Part shown: piece after piece, positions 9,092 through 18,433 of the stretch
Position numbering within the stretch: position 1 is the first letter of the stretch
Layout: each line of letters begins with the position of its first letter
Virus record (IMG/VR): IMGVR_UViG_3300036823_000117
Coordinates: 1-64,000 of that record
Strand: one strand, 5' to 3'
From: a virus
DNA: 64,000 nt
Program-made: the position numbers and the translations under genes
The notes under the pieces: generated by a model
The model's database searches: none
What the model was told of the DNA's origin: nothing
Seen by the model: only the letters and a program-made list of their open reading frames with translations

Positions 9092-9352
9092 CTACACCGG
9101 CCGGGAGTGCCGCTGCATCCGGCAGTGCGCGGTGTCCTGCTGGACCCGCCAGTCCGCGAGGACGCTCGCCATGACCGACACGAGGACCGGGAGGGGCTTG
9201 CCCGTCTCAGGGTTCGCCGTCGCCTGGACGCCGGGGTCGTCGCGGAGCGCCGCGGTGACCCGGAACCCGTGCACGCTGATGTCCCACTCGGCGTAGGTGT
9301 CGATGAGCTCCTGGAGCCGGAACGACCGGCCGAGGGGCTGGATGCCGCTCAT
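9092..9352 (-). CDS. hypothetical protein
   Basis: ATGA-coupled. Confidence 0.5.
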   Translation of the reverse strand: MSGIQPLGRSFRLQELIDTYAEWDISVHGFRVTAALRDDPGVQATANPETGKPLPVLVSVMASVLADWRVQQDTAHCRMQRHSRPV

Positions 9353-9744
9353 GACTGCCTCGCTGACGCGGGCACCGGGATGGCGTCCTGGATGCCGAGG
9401 AAGAACCCGAGGAGCTCGTGGTCGCCGGCGTAGACGGCGTAGGCCGGGGCTCCGGGACCGCGGGTCTCGCGGAGGTTGCCGCCTTTGCGGATGGCGTGCC
9501 ACCCGCCGCGCCAGCTGTACCAGATCTTCCAGTCCGGGAACTGGTTGCGGAGTTCCCACAGCCACTGGGAGCGGGCCTCGGCGAGGGCGCCCTCGATCGC
9601 GGCCGCGATGGCTGACGGCGCGGCGGGAGACGATTCCAGCGGCGGCAAGGAGCCCGCCTCCCGCCGCGCGTCTTCCCGACCCGAGGGGCGCCGGGGGTCA
9701 TCGGATACGTCCGGGGTTGCGCCTAATATGCTCCGTGCCGCCAT
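9349..9744 (-). CDS. hypothetical protein (FPDWKIWYS..GGWHA.R motif)
   Basis: Trp-rich motif; divergent from GntR gene. Confidence 0.6.
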   Translation of the reverse strand: MAARSILGATPDVSDDPRRPSGREDARREAGSLPPLESSPAAPSAIAAAIEGALAEARSQWLWELRNQFPDWKIWYSWRGGWHAIRKGGNLRETRGPGAPAYAVYAGDHELLGFFLGIQDAIPVPASARQS

Positions 9745-9859
9745 GCACCTACGGTAACGCTGGTGCTACCGGTTTGACCATAGAGGACATGGTGTTCGTA
9801 TAGCGCGTCGTCCTCGCCGGGCGATGGCAGCTGCAGGCGGTCCGCTTAAGTTGCCGGGC

Positions 9860-10105
9860 ATGGAGATCGACCGGTTCAGCGGGGTGCCCGCTTACAAGCA
9901 GGTGGCGGCGTGGCTGCGGGAGCGGATCCGGTCGGGTGAGCTGGCGGACCGGCTGCCGTCGGCGAAGGCGATCACTGAGGAGGCAGGCGTGGCGCCGTTC
10001 ACCGCGATCAAGGCGCTGCGGCTGCTGCGGTCGGAAGGTTACGCGCGGGTCTCGCCCGGGCTCGGGACATGGGTTGCGCCGCAGGAGTCGTGGCCGACGG
10101 ATTAA
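9860..10105 (+). CDS. GntR-family wHTH regulator
   Basis: PAYKQVAAWLRERIRSGEL..RLPS...GLGTWV. Confidence 0.88.
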   Translation: MEIDRFSGVPAYKQVAAWLRERIRSGELADRLPSAKAITEEAGVAPFTAIKALRLLRSEGYARVSPGLGTWVAPQESWPTD

Positions 10106-10293
10106 GCCGGCTAGCGGACGTTATTTAGCCTCGCATCGGGAGCAGGCGGGCACATTCCGACAACGCATATCTCAGACCCGCTTGCACCGTCCGCAATGTC
10201 AGTTCACTGTGGGTAGATGGCGGCGCACACTCGGAAGTCGGACGTGCCGTGCCGCAAACACCCCTGACCCCCTCGCCGGAGGAGACAACAAGC

Positions 10294-11115
10294 ATGCCCA
10301 AAACCGACACGTACCCGGTACAGACCACCGGCACGTTAGTCCTCGTCCACATCTCGAAAATCCACCCGAACCAGCGGAACGTCCGCAGCGAGCTCGGCGA
10401 TCTCACCGACCTGGCCGCGTCGGTCAAGTCCCGGGGAGTCGAGGTCCCCCTTATCGCCTACCCGCACCCCGACGACGACGGCCACGTCATCCTCATCGAC
10501 GGGCACCGCCGCTGGGCCGCCGCGGGCATCGCGGGCCTTGAGGAAATCCCCGTCACGCTCCGGGCCGTCCCCGCCCGGGCCGAGGCGGTCAAGCTGATGC
10601 TCGTCACCGGCCTCCACGGCCAGGACCTGTCCCCCATGGACAAGGCCCGCGGGTTCGGTGAACTGGCGGACGCAGGGATGAACGGGCCGCAGATCGCGAA
10701 AGCGATCGGGCAGTCAACCGCGACGGTATCGACCTACCTGACGCTCCTCCATCTCGACGCCGCGTCCCAGAGACGCGTCGATCGCGGCGACGTCTCCGTT
10801 GCCGACGGGGTAGCCGCCGTCCGCGAAACCCGGGCGAAGGAGCGGAAGAGGACCGGGAAGTCCGACCAGCGGGAAACCATGGCCGCCACCTGGGAACCAG
10901 AGCACTTCACCTGGCAGCACCCCCTGGCCCGGAAAGCCGCGAGCTTCTGCGACGCCCGAAGGCACAACGCCCGCCGGCGACTCGGCGGCGCAGCGTGCGG
11001 GGTGTGCTTCGAGGACGCCATCCGGCAGGACGCCAAAGTTGTGCTCCTGACCGAGATGAACCAGCAGGCGGACGTCAAGTTCATGCCGCCGGCACCGCTC
11101 GCGCACACAGGCTGA
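10294..11115 (+). CDS. ParB/RepB/Spo0J family protein
   Basis: IHPNQRNVR, LIDGHRRWAAA, DLSPMDKA, HTH IAKAIGQSTATVS; GGAGG RBS. Confidence 0.88.
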   Translation: MPKTDTYPVQTTGTLVLVHISKIHPNQRNVRSELGDLTDLAASVKSRGVEVPLIAYPHPDDDGHVILIDGHRRWAAAGIAGLEEIPVTLRAVPARAEAVKLMLVTGLHGQDLSPMDKARGFGELADAGMNGPQIAKAIGQSTATVSTYLTLLHLDAASQRRVDRGDVSVADGVAAVRETRAKERKRTGKSDQRETMAATWEPEHFTWQHPLARKAASFCDARRHNARRRLGGAACGVCFEDAIRQDAKVVLLTEMNQQADVKFMPPAPLAHTG

Positions 11116-11121
11116 CCGGCG

Positions 11122-11391
11122 TTGGGCGACCAGGCGGCAAGCCCGGCCAAAGACGTACTCCTGGACAGTTGCGACGACCGCGGCGAAGCGGGCCGGCGCA
11201 CGATGACATGGGCGGAACTGCTGGTGACGCTGCGCGTCCAGGACACCCACGGGGTCCGGATGTCGGTGATACCGGGAGTCCGGGCCTGGGGCATTTACCT
11301 GCACGAGCGGACGCCGGGGAAGCGGACCGCGCGGATGGTGCAGCTGGAAGCCCGGCTACACCGGATGGAAACCGGTCAGCGAGCAAGCTGA
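11122..11391 (+). CDS. hypothetical protein
   Basis: Follows ParB; hairpin downstream. Confidence 0.45.
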   Translation: MGDQAASPAKDVLLDSCDDRGEAGRRTMTWAELLVTLRVQDTHGVRMSVIPGVRAWGIYLHERTPGKRTARMVQLEARLHRMETGQRAS

Positions 11392-11560
11392 ACAAGCAAA
11401 AGGGCGGCCGGCGCCCAGCCCGCCGGCCGCCCCCGGTGCCTGCTAATCCTACCGGCCACGTGCCGTCTCACGGGCAAGGAAAAAGGGCCGGCCACCCGCC
11501 GTAAAGAACGGGGAGATCTCCCGTGGGATCCCGATAGGCCGGCCCGCGCCCCCAAATCAC

Positions 11561-11926
11561 TCAAACTGGGGCGACTTTATCCTCCGGTGCCGTCATCACC
11601 TGCGGCGATGCTACCGGGTGGCAGATGAACGTGCAGCGCCCCGGGCAGGGCGAGTCACCGTTGCACCCGTGCCTGCAGGCGGAGAAGTCCCAGAACGGCC
11701 AGCCCTCTGCCGCGGCCGTCTGGGCTTCGCGGATCCTCGGGCCGTCGGCCAGGTCCACGCCGGCCGCCGCAGCGGCGAACTCGCGGGCCAGCTCGCGGTC
11801 CTCGATGCGCCGGGCATCCCTGGCCGGCATCGTGCCTCCGCCCCAGCAGTCCGGGCCCGGCGGCCTGCCCGCGCGTGTGCCGGCGCAGCAGCCGGGAACC
11901 GGGGTGCGGCCGAGCATGCGGGCCAT
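11561..11926 (-). CDS. Cys-rich hypothetical protein
   Basis: AGGAGG RBS; CRHGCNG...CPGRCTFICH. Confidence 0.6.
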   Translation of the reverse strand: MARMLGRTPVPGCCAGTRAGRPPGPDCWGGGTMPARDARRIEDRELAREFAAAAAGVDLADGPRIREAQTAAAEGWPFWDFSACRHGCNGDSPCPGRCTFICHPVASPQVMTAPEDKVAPV

Positions 11927-11934
11927 CGCGCCTC

Positions 11935-12123
11935 CTACCAGTAGAAAGCTCGCTTGTTGCGCCGCGGCCGGTACGGCTCGGGCTCGGCCCCTCGCGCGAG
12001 AGCAGTCCTCGCCGCGGCCCGCTGCTGCTTGGACGCCGGGCGCACGTAGTTCCGGCTGAACCCCGGGTGGCGGATCCGGGGGAAAGACGCGCTGCCTCGC
12101 CGGGAGTTGTCGCTGCGGGCCAT
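11935..12123 (-). CDS. small basic protein
   Basis: Arg-rich ORF with RBS. Confidence 0.5.
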   Translation of the reverse strand: MARSDNSRRGSASFPRIRHPGFSRNYVRPASKQQRAAARTALARGAEPEPYRPRRNKRAFYW

Positions 12124-12428
12124 CAGTGGAGCACCTTCGGCCGCATCACGAGCTCGCCTACGCGGCAGCACCGACTCGTCGTCGAGCTCCTGGCCGCCCG
12201 CGGCCCAGGTCAGCCAGGGCGGACGATACGGGTGCGGTGGTCGTGTCTGCGGTCACGCCGCTCATCGTAGCCACTGTCAGTGACAAGGCGCCGCGACCCC
12301 GACAACACCCCGGCGTGCCGGGGTTGGTGGCGGCGGAACAGCCGGGCGATCAATCGGGCCATACTCACAAGAGTGCCATGCAGGCTGCAAAATACACAGA
12401 CCCGTATCCGGTGGGGTGCTGGGGTGGG

Positions 12429-12827
12429 TCAGGAAACTTGCCACTCGCCGCGGTCGACGGCCAGGCGGATCACGGTCCCGTCGGCCAGCGCGAACCGGTC
12501 GGACCGGCCGCAATCAAGGTCGTCGGTCAACGCCTCGTCGTAGCCGTCCAGGCCCAGGATGATGTCCTGCCAGATGTTGTTGCCCTGGTAGGCGTTCAGC
12601 GCGATCAGGATGCGGTCCATGTCGTCGGCGTCCCGGGCGGTGACGGCGGCGGCCACGGTCTCCAGCAGCAGGTCACTGGCCTCGGCGGGGATCGTGAAAC
12701 CGGCCCACATGCCGGGGCTCTTGGAGAACGAGATGGTCAGCTGGCCGGGGACTTCCTCGTAGACCTTGACGCGGTTGCCGCCCAGGTCGACCTCGTCGGC
12801 CAGCGGGTTATCGAAGCTGCTGCTCAC
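12429..12827 (-). CDS. hypothetical protein
   Basis: GTGA-coupled, high-GC3 codons. Confidence 0.65.
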   Translation of the reverse strand: MSSSFDNPLADEVDLGGNRVKVYEEVPGQLTISFSKSPGMWAGFTIPAEASDLLLETVAAAVTARDADDMDRILIALNAYQGNNIWQDIILGLDGYDEALTDDLDCGRSDRFALADGTVIRLAVDRGEWQVS

Positions 12828-13534
12828 CGGTCGGTCTCCTCGCTGCCGCGGCCAAGCGCCCGGCAGTCGTCGGCATGGGCGACGTAGTCGATGCCCTGCG
12901 GCGTGGCGATCTGGTAGCCAAGCCCGCAGGCCTCGCACCGGGGGTGAAGTTCCTCGCCCCAGATGACCGTGTGGTCGACATCCTCGTGACCGCTGTCCGG
13001 GTTGTCACCCTCGACGCCGCAGACGAAGCAGCGATAGGCGGGCAGCCCGATCTCATCGGGGGTGACGGGGTGCCGGATCAGGCCGTGCCACTCCTGGTCC
13101 AGGTCGTAGTCCGGGTGCAGGCACGTCCAGCAGAACCCGGACGAGCTGACCTGGTGCGAACCGTGGTCGTCGCGCTGGTCGTCCCAGTACTGGGAGCCGC
13201 CGCAGCTGTCCACGATGTAGAACTCCTCGCGGCGCGTCTCGCGGCCGGCGAGGTCGGTGAAGATGCGGACTTGCCAGATGGTGAGGGTTGAGCACCACTG
13301 GCCCGACAGGATATCGGCCATCTTGCAGGCCATCTCCCACGCGTCATCGTGCTCCAGTATCTCGTCCTTCGGGCTGAACACCAGCTGGCGCGGAAAGTCC
13401 TCGCGGTGGTCCGCGTCGGCCCGCAGCTCGTAGATCACGTCCGGGTTTGCGTCCTGCCGGGCCTGGAGGTCAGCGAGGACCTGGCGTGTTAATTGGGTCC
13501 GGTGGTCTTCGGTTGCTGCGTCGGTGTCGTGCAT
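12824..13534 (-). CDS. hypothetical zinc-binding protein
   Basis: Several CxxC pairs. Confidence 0.65.
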   Translation of the reverse strand: MHDTDAATEDHRTQLTRQVLADLQARQDANPDVIYELRADADHREDFPRQLVFSPKDEILEHDDAWEMACKMADILSGQWCSTLTIWQVRIFTDLAGRETRREEFYIVDSCGGSQYWDDQRDDHGSHQVSSSGFCWTCLHPDYDLDQEWHGLIRHPVTPDEIGLPAYRCFVCGVEGDNPDSGHEDVDHTVIWGEELHPRCEACGLGYQIATPQGIDYVAHADDCRALGRGSEETDR

Positions 13535-13740
13535 CAGGAACCGTCCTCGACCCGCGCCCAGCCCAGGATGTCCTGGGCCAGTTGCACCGCACTGGCGTCG
13601 TCGATGCAGACCGTGACGGTGCGGGGCATGAGCGGGGCACCGTTGTCGACGGCGATCAGCTGAAGGTGACCGCCGTTCTCCTCGCACCGGGTGACGTGCA
13701 GGGCTTTCTCGGCTGAGATGTCGGGGTAGGTGCTGGCCAT
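13534..13740 (-). CDS. hypothetical protein flanked by 14-bp direct repeats
   Basis: TCAGGAACCGTCCT at 13534 and 13742. Confidence 0.6.
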   Translation of the reverse strand: MASTYPDISAEKALHVTRCEENGGHLQLIAVDNGAPLMPRTVTVCIDDASAVQLAQDILGWARVEDGS

Positions 13741-13760
13741 TTCAGGAACCGTCCTTGGTG

Positions 13761-13997
13761 TCAGGGGTGGCGGTGTCTATCGGGGGCGCCCATGGCGACC
13801 CCGGCTCGCAGGCCGGCGCGGATCTCCGCGCCGAGCCCGTCGATCCGGGCGCCCTCCCAGTGGTTGATCTGCTGCCGCTGCTCCGTGCTCAGCTGCCCCC
13901 AGAGGCGGTCCGGGATGTTTCCCGACGGGAGCCTGCGGTCGTAGCTGATAGCGCACCAGAGCAGCCAGCCCAGGTCTTTGGAGGAGATCTCAGCCAT
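13761..13997 (-). CDS. hypothetical protein
   Basis: Overlap-coupled ORF. Confidence 0.55.
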   Translation of the reverse strand: MAEISSKDLGWLLWCAISYDRRLPSGNIPDRLWGQLSTEQRQQINHWEGARIDGLGAEIRAGLRAGVAMGAPDRHRHP

Positions 13998-14190
13998 GGT
14001 CCGGCTTGCTGGCGTCGGGGTCGTGCTTGTCGAGGTAGTCGGTCAGGGCCGCGCTGATGACGGCGTTGCGGGACAGGCCCGTGCGCGCGACGTAGGCGAG
14101 GAACCGGACCCGCAGCGCCCGCGGGGGGCGGATGGAGATGGCGTCCTCTCCTGCAAGGTGCCGGTCTGACTGCGATTTCGCACTTGCCAT
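13990..14190 (-). CDS. ribbon-helix-helix DNA-binding protein
   Basis: ISIRPP.ALR.....YVARTGLSRNAVISAALTDYL. Confidence 0.75.
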   Translation of the reverse strand: MASAKSQSDRHLAGEDAISIRPPRALRVRFLAYVARTGLSRNAVISAALTDYLDKHDPDASKPDHG

Positions 14191-14417
14191 AGGCCTCCCT
14201 CGGCAGTGGTATTACCACACCAAGGTAGGGCCGCGGGCGTCCCACCGTCAAGCACAACGCGACGACACACCTCCGGGGAGTGATCACCCTGGGATCGCGC
14301 CTGAAAACGAAAAGCCAAAACGATCAAGGCCGAAAAGGATTCAAAAACGCGCGAGCAAAAATCCGAAACCACTCGGCCGCCGGTCAGTAGGCTGGTCGGC
14401 GCCCCCAGCCGGGCAGC

Positions 14418-14459
14418 ACGGAAGGGCGCATCCAGTGAGCGACCGGATGCGCCCTTCCG
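14418..14459. terminator. strong hairpin terminator
   Basis: CGGAAGGGCGCATCC-loop-GGATGCGCCCTTCCG perfect 15-bp stem. Confidence 0.7.
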
Positions 14460-14485
14460 CACGTACCGGCCGGGTTGCCGGGCCG

Positions 14486-14692
14486 TCAGCCGGAGTGCGA
14501 CTGCGCCGCAGCAACAAGCACGATGATCACCGCAGCAGCGAACCCCGCCCCGAACAGCCACGCCAGGAACACGACGGCCGCCCTGATGTGGCGGAGGTAC
14601 CGCAACTCGAGTGGCTCGGCCGCGAGCTCAGCTGGTGTTTTCGGCGGCTTGCGTTTCCCGGCGGGCTGGTCGCGGGCGGCCGTGTCGGTCAT
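14486..14692 (-). CDS. small membrane protein
   Basis: C-terminal hydrophobic helix. Confidence 0.6.
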   Translation of the reverse strand: MTDTAARDQPAGKRKPPKTPAELAAEPLELRYLRHIRAAVVFLAWLFGAGFAAAVIIVLVAAAQSHSG

Positions 14693-14776
14693 CAGGGTTC
14701 CCCTCAGGTTCGGTGCTGGCACGCGGCACGGTAACCCGGGGTGGCCTCACCGGTCAGCGGAAGGACACTACGCGGC

Positions 14777-14980
14777 CTACCGGCCCCTGAAGGCGCCGCC
14801 CTTGACGGCCTCGGTGAACGCCTGCCACGCCCCGCCGGCGAACCTCAGCGTCCCGCCGTCCCGGTTCTTGGTGTCGCGGACCAGGACCACCCGCGGCGCC
14901 GGCCACGCAACCTCCACGCAGTTGCCGTTGAAAGTGTTCCACGAGCTCTTGCGCCACCCAGCCGAACCCGTGTTGGTCAT
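14777..14980 (-). CDS. DUF397 protein
   Basis: WRKSS....NGNCVEVA....VLVRDTK....L.F....W.AF...VK. Confidence 0.92.
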   Translation of the reverse strand: MTNTGSAGWRKSSWNTFNGNCVEVAWPAPRVVLVRDTKNRDGGTLRFAGGAWQAFTEAVKGGAFRGR

Positions 14981-14987
14981 GCGCCAA

Positions 14988-15362
14988 TCATGCCCGCAGC
15001 CGCAGCAGCCGCCGCGCAACTTCCTGCAGCAGCGCCTCATCGCTGACATCTCTCAGCGTGAACGCCGACCCGGGGACGGGTGTCCCGTCACGGATCGCCT
15101 CGAGGTCCCGGTACGAGAGCCGCACCGTGGTCAGGACGTTGTCCGGCGATGCAAGGTCCGCGACGACGAGCTGGTAGGACTCGATGTCCTCGGAGTCGCC
15201 CTGGCAGCGGCGGATCAGGTCAGCGACCTGATCCGTGACCTGCGCCTTGTTCCAAAGGTCAAGCCACAGCTGGTCGGTGGCCACGTCGGTGACGTAGACA
15301 CCGCCTAGCAGCGGCCGCGGCCTCGTTCTGCGCAAGGTGACCTTGTAGGCCTGTTCCGTCAT
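14988..15362 (-). CDS. hypothetical protein
   Basis: ORF ending VSDEALLQEVARRL. Confidence 0.55.
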   Translation of the reverse strand: MTEQAYKVTLRRTRPRPLLGGVYVTDVATDQLWLDLWNKAQVTDQVADLIRRCQGDSEDIESYQLVVADLASPDNVLTTVRLSYRDLEAIRDGTPVPGSAFTLRDVSDEALLQEVARRLLRLRA

Positions 15363-15394
15363 GACATCAGGGTCGCACAGAGACGGCAGTCTCG

Positions 15395-15826
15395 TCAGCT
15401 AGCGCTTCCCTGGGCGCTGGAGTCGCTGGCCAGCTGCCCGATCGTCTCGGAGGCCCAGTACTCGCGCAGCGCGGCGATCTGGTAGTGGCCGTCCCCGGCG
15501 TAGGCCAACTCGAGCACGGCGATCTCCTTCATGTGCTTGCGCGTGCCCTGCGCCAGGTCGTCGAACTCAGCCTCCCATTCCGCGATGGCCGTGTCCCCGT
15601 CGATGTACAGATTCCTCAGCAGGCAGACGATGTTGGCCTGGGCGCCAACGACCTTGTCCTGCCAGTACTGGCGGATGGCCTCACGGCCGGGGATCGGGCC
15701 AGCCAGCACGCGCTCATGGTAGGTCGCGTGCTGGGTGAAAATCGTGCAGATGAGATCCGGATCCTGGTCCTGCCAGGCCTCGATGTACGTGGCGATGACC
15801 GCGCGAACGTCGTCTTTGGTCAGCAT
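15395..15826 (-). CDS. NTF2/SnoaL-like protein
   Basis: YIEAW..QDPD....IFT..ATY....GREAIRQYW; DGDTAIAEW. Confidence 0.85.
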   Translation of the reverse strand: MLTKDDVRAVIATYIEAWQDQDPDLICTIFTQHATYHERVLAGPIPGREAIRQYWQDKVVGAQANIVCLLRNLYIDGDTAIAEWEAEFDDLAQGTRKHMKEIAVLELAYAGDGHYQIAALREYWASETIGQLASDSSAQGSAS

Positions 15827-16629
15827 CAGGGTTCCTCTCCAACGTCGGCCAGCGAAAGGGGCACGTCGAACTCCGAATGGTTCATCATGAGGTCGTGCAG
15901 GTCAGCTGGTTTGCGCAGGACGGTTCCCGCGAGGTTGGCGCCCGGTTCTGCGTCGAGGCGGATCCACTTCCAGTCGCCCCGCGAGACCTCGACGTCGCTG
16001 GCGACCCCGGTGTACTGGCCGAGCATGACTGTCTCGCCCGGCAGGACGGCCAGCTGCAGGCCGCCGCAGTAACGGGTGTCGGACTTGTTCTGCCACTGGC
16101 CGATGAGGTGCCGGCCGGCGAGGGTGGCCTCGATCTCGTTGCGGAACGCCTGCCGGCGGCCCTGGCTGCGGGGCTCGGGCGGGTGGTTGACGGCCCGGAC
16201 GCGCGACTCGGATTCCGCGACGATGTGGGCGATGTCCGCGTGGTAGTGCGGGCGCCCGGCATGGGTGAACGCAAAAGTGGTCACCCAGGGGCCAGAAAGT
16301 GCGGCGGCGGGGAATGCCGGGGGGACCGCGGCGAGCAGCGGCTGTGCCAGCCCAGGTATCCGCATCGTGGCGGCAGAGCAGGCGAGGACGACGTCGCCGG
16401 GCGGGACCACGTCGTCTTCCCACGCCTCGATGGCCTCCGGCAGGACATCCCAGCCGGTTAGCTCCCGGATGTACCGGGCGAAGTCCGGGCGGCTCATGCC
16501 GAGCTGGCGGCGGGCTGCGCCGACCTGGCCGCACGCGAGACTGGCGTAATCAGCTGCCCGGCCGGCGCCGATGCTGACGACTTCGGCGCTACCGCCGCCC
16601 ACTGCCGGCCGCCGTGTCTGCCTGCTCAC
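15826..16629 (-). CDS. XRE-like HTH regulator with beta-rich C-terminal domain
   Basis: ARRQLGMSRPDFA...IEAWE; alternating beta strands downstream. Confidence 0.7.
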   Translation of the reverse strand: MSRQTRRPAVGGGSAEVVSIGAGRAADYASLACGQVGAARRQLGMSRPDFARYIRELTGWDVLPEAIEAWEDDVVPPGDVVLACSAATMRIPGLAQPLLAAVPPAFPAAALSGPWVTTFAFTHAGRPHYHADIAHIVAESESRVRAVNHPPEPRSQGRRQAFRNEIEATLAGRHLIGQWQNKSDTRYCGGLQLAVLPGETVMLGQYTGVASDVEVSRGDWKWIRLDAEPGANLAGTVLRKPADLHDLMMNHSEFDVPLSLADVGEEP

Positions 16630-16993
16630 GCCTGCCTCCGCGGGGCTTCCCGGTCAGCGTCGCGAGCTCGGCTTCCATGCGGCCGAACCTCTGGCGCAAC
16701 TCGGCCATCTGCTGCTGAAGCTCGGCGACCTGCTCCCGGACGGACCGGTCGTCGATCCGCTGCGCTGCGGCCTGCTCGGCCGTGATCAGGGCCCGGTACC
16801 CCGATCCCTGCTGCGGTTCGATGAGCCCGCGTTCCGCGAGGTGCTCCGCGGCTTTCCGCGCGGCCCAGTCCTTGACCCCGGCCGCTTTCGCCGCCTCGGG
16901 GACGGTGAACAGCGGGCCAAGCTTGCCGGCCGCGATCAAGCCGAGGATGTCCTCCGCTGCCTGCCGGTAGGCCGGCAGCCCCCGTCCGGTCAC
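16589..16993 (-). CDS. GntR-like wHTH regulator (KorSA/TraR-like position) with coiled coil
   Basis: PAYRQAAEDI...IAAGKL...QGSGY; divergent from the transfer operon. Confidence 0.75.
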   Translation of the reverse strand: MTGRGLPAYRQAAEDILGLIAAGKLGPLFTVPEAAKAAGVKDWAARKAAEHLAERGLIEPQQGSGYRALITAEQAAAQRIDDRSVREQVAELQQQMAELRQRFGRMEAELATLTGKPRGGRREQADTAAGSGRR

Positions 16994-17007
16994 GTGGAAG
17001 CCCTTTC

Positions 17008-17102
17008 GGCACTCTGTCGGTCACTGTGCGCTCGGTAGACACCGTACAGCACGCTCCTCCGCGATTTCCCGCTTGACAAGTCTGAGTACAGAGTGCCACA
17101 GT
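17008..17102 (+). promoter_or_regulatory. transfer-operon promoter with inverted operator pair
   Basis: TTGACA 17073; GGCACTCTGT 17008-17017 inverted to ACAGAGTGCC 17088-17097. Confidence 0.6.
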
Positions 17103-17147
17103 GTCGTCAGACGTTCAAACCCTACGAATCGAGCGAGACAGGCGGAC

Positions 17148-17378
17148 ATGCCGAACCTTTCAGAGCAGACGACAGCAGAGAGGTTCCTGCGGCCCAAGCA
17201 GGTCCAGGCAATCCTCGGCGTCGCCGCGACCACGCTCTGGAACTACGCGCACCGCGGGCTGCTGAAGCCCTCGCATCACACGGTCGGCGGCCACGCCCGC
17301 TACCGCGAGACAGACGTCGCCGCATTCAAGGCCCGGCTGTCCGGCTCCCCGAAACCCCACGCAGAAGTGGCGGCCTGA
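17148..17378 (+). CDS. MerR/BldC/Xis-like HTH protein
   Basis: LRPKQVQAILGVAATTLWNYAHRGLL....TVGGHARYRETDV. Confidence 0.82.
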   Translation: MPNLSEQTTAERFLRPKQVQAILGVAATTLWNYAHRGLLKPSHHTVGGHARYRETDVAAFKARLSGSPKPHAEVAA

Positions 17379-17380
17379 CC

Positions 17381-17689
17381 ATGACCGACACCACCGTCGA
17401 CGCTGACGTCACCCACGTCCTGTCCTGGGTGCCCGCGTCGTTCATCGAAGGCGCCTCGCATGGCTGCTGGGAGCTGCGCTCCGCGGTGGCCGACCAGTTC
17501 GGTGCCCCGCCTGAGTACGACGGCTTCGACGTTCCCGAGGACACCCCGGCCGACCTCCTGGCCTACCTGACCTTTTCCCAGGTCGGTTTCCCCGTTGATC
17601 TTGAGGCGTGGGAGCACGACATCAGGCTCACCCGCCGGTTCGCCCGGTGGCAGCGGGTGCCCGTCTACTACGTCCGGAGGGCCTCGTGA
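17381..17689 (+). CDS. hypothetical protein (paralog of next gene)
   Basis: VTHVLSW.PA...QVGFPVDLEA. Confidence 0.7.
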   Translation: MTDTTVDADVTHVLSWVPASFIEGASHGCWELRSAVADQFGAPPEYDGFDVPEDTPADLLAYLTFSQVGFPVDLEAWEHDIRLTRRFARWQRVPVYYVRRAS

Positions 17690-18015
17690 GCTTCCTCCGT
17701 GACCGGCAGCAGCGCCGCGCGATGACTGCCAACGGCGTCACCCACGCCCTGACGTGGCGTCCGGCTCGTGCGCTCCTCGGCGAGTCCGTGGGCCTCTGGG
17801 ACTTGTACACGCCCGAGCAGTACTTCGACAGCCGCCACTGCGGCCACGACGGCCCATTCGCCTACGACGTCGAAGACGTCCCCCAGGCCGACCTGACCGC
17901 GTGGGTCGCAACCCAGGTCGGCTTCCCCGTCGAACTGGAGGCCGTCGACCCGCCGCAGCGCAACTTCGGCGACACCAACATCGAGACCCGGTTCTGGGTT
18001 CGGAGTGCGGCATGA
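17686..18015 (+). CDS. hypothetical protein (paralog of previous gene)
   Basis: VTHALTW.PA...QVGFPVELEA. Confidence 0.7.
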   Translation: MSFLRDRQQRRAMTANGVTHALTWRPARALLGESVGLWDLYTPEQYFDSRHCGHDGPFAYDVEDVPQADLTAWVATQVGFPVELEAVDPPQRNFGDTNIETRFWVRSAA

Positions 18016-18281
18016 GCGCCAAGCGCGTGGTCAGCGACTTCTTCGCCGATGACGGTGCGGGCCGGGTCCTGGTCTACGACGACGGCACCGATGTCCCGCG
18101 TCCGGGGACTGTGGCTGAGGCCCGCGCCGAGATGGTGCGGTTCGCTGAGTCGCTCGAGCCGGGATCCCCGGTCCGGGGGGCGTGGGAGGAACTGGCCGCC
18201 CAGGGCGTCTTCGGCGTGGTGTTCGTCACCGACGAGATGGCTGAGATTCTCGACCGGTTCCAGGGCGGGGAGGCGTCATGA
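18012..18281 (+). CDS. hypothetical protein
   Basis: ATGA-coupled. Confidence 0.6.
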   Translation: MSAKRVVSDFFADDGAGRVLVYDDGTDVPRPGTVAEARAEMVRFAESLEPGSPVRGAWEELAAQGVFGVVFVTDEMAEILDRFQGGEAS

Positions 18282-18433
18282 TCGCCCCGGTTCTTACCGG
18301 GTGGTGGCTTGGGTCGCTGGTCATGCTGGTGGCCGACCATTCCCCTGCTGCCCGGCATTTGGCGCTGGTCAGCGCAGCTGTCGCTGGCGTCTTCCTGGTC
18401 CTCCTTGCGATCACCCGGAGCCTGCTGCCATGA
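18278..18433 (+). CDS. small two-TM protein
   Basis: Manual translation MIAPVLTGWWLGSLVMLV...; ATGA overlaps at both ends. Confidence 0.55.
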   Translation: MIAPVLTGWWLGSLVMLVADHSPAARHLALVSAAVAGVFLVLLAITRSLLP

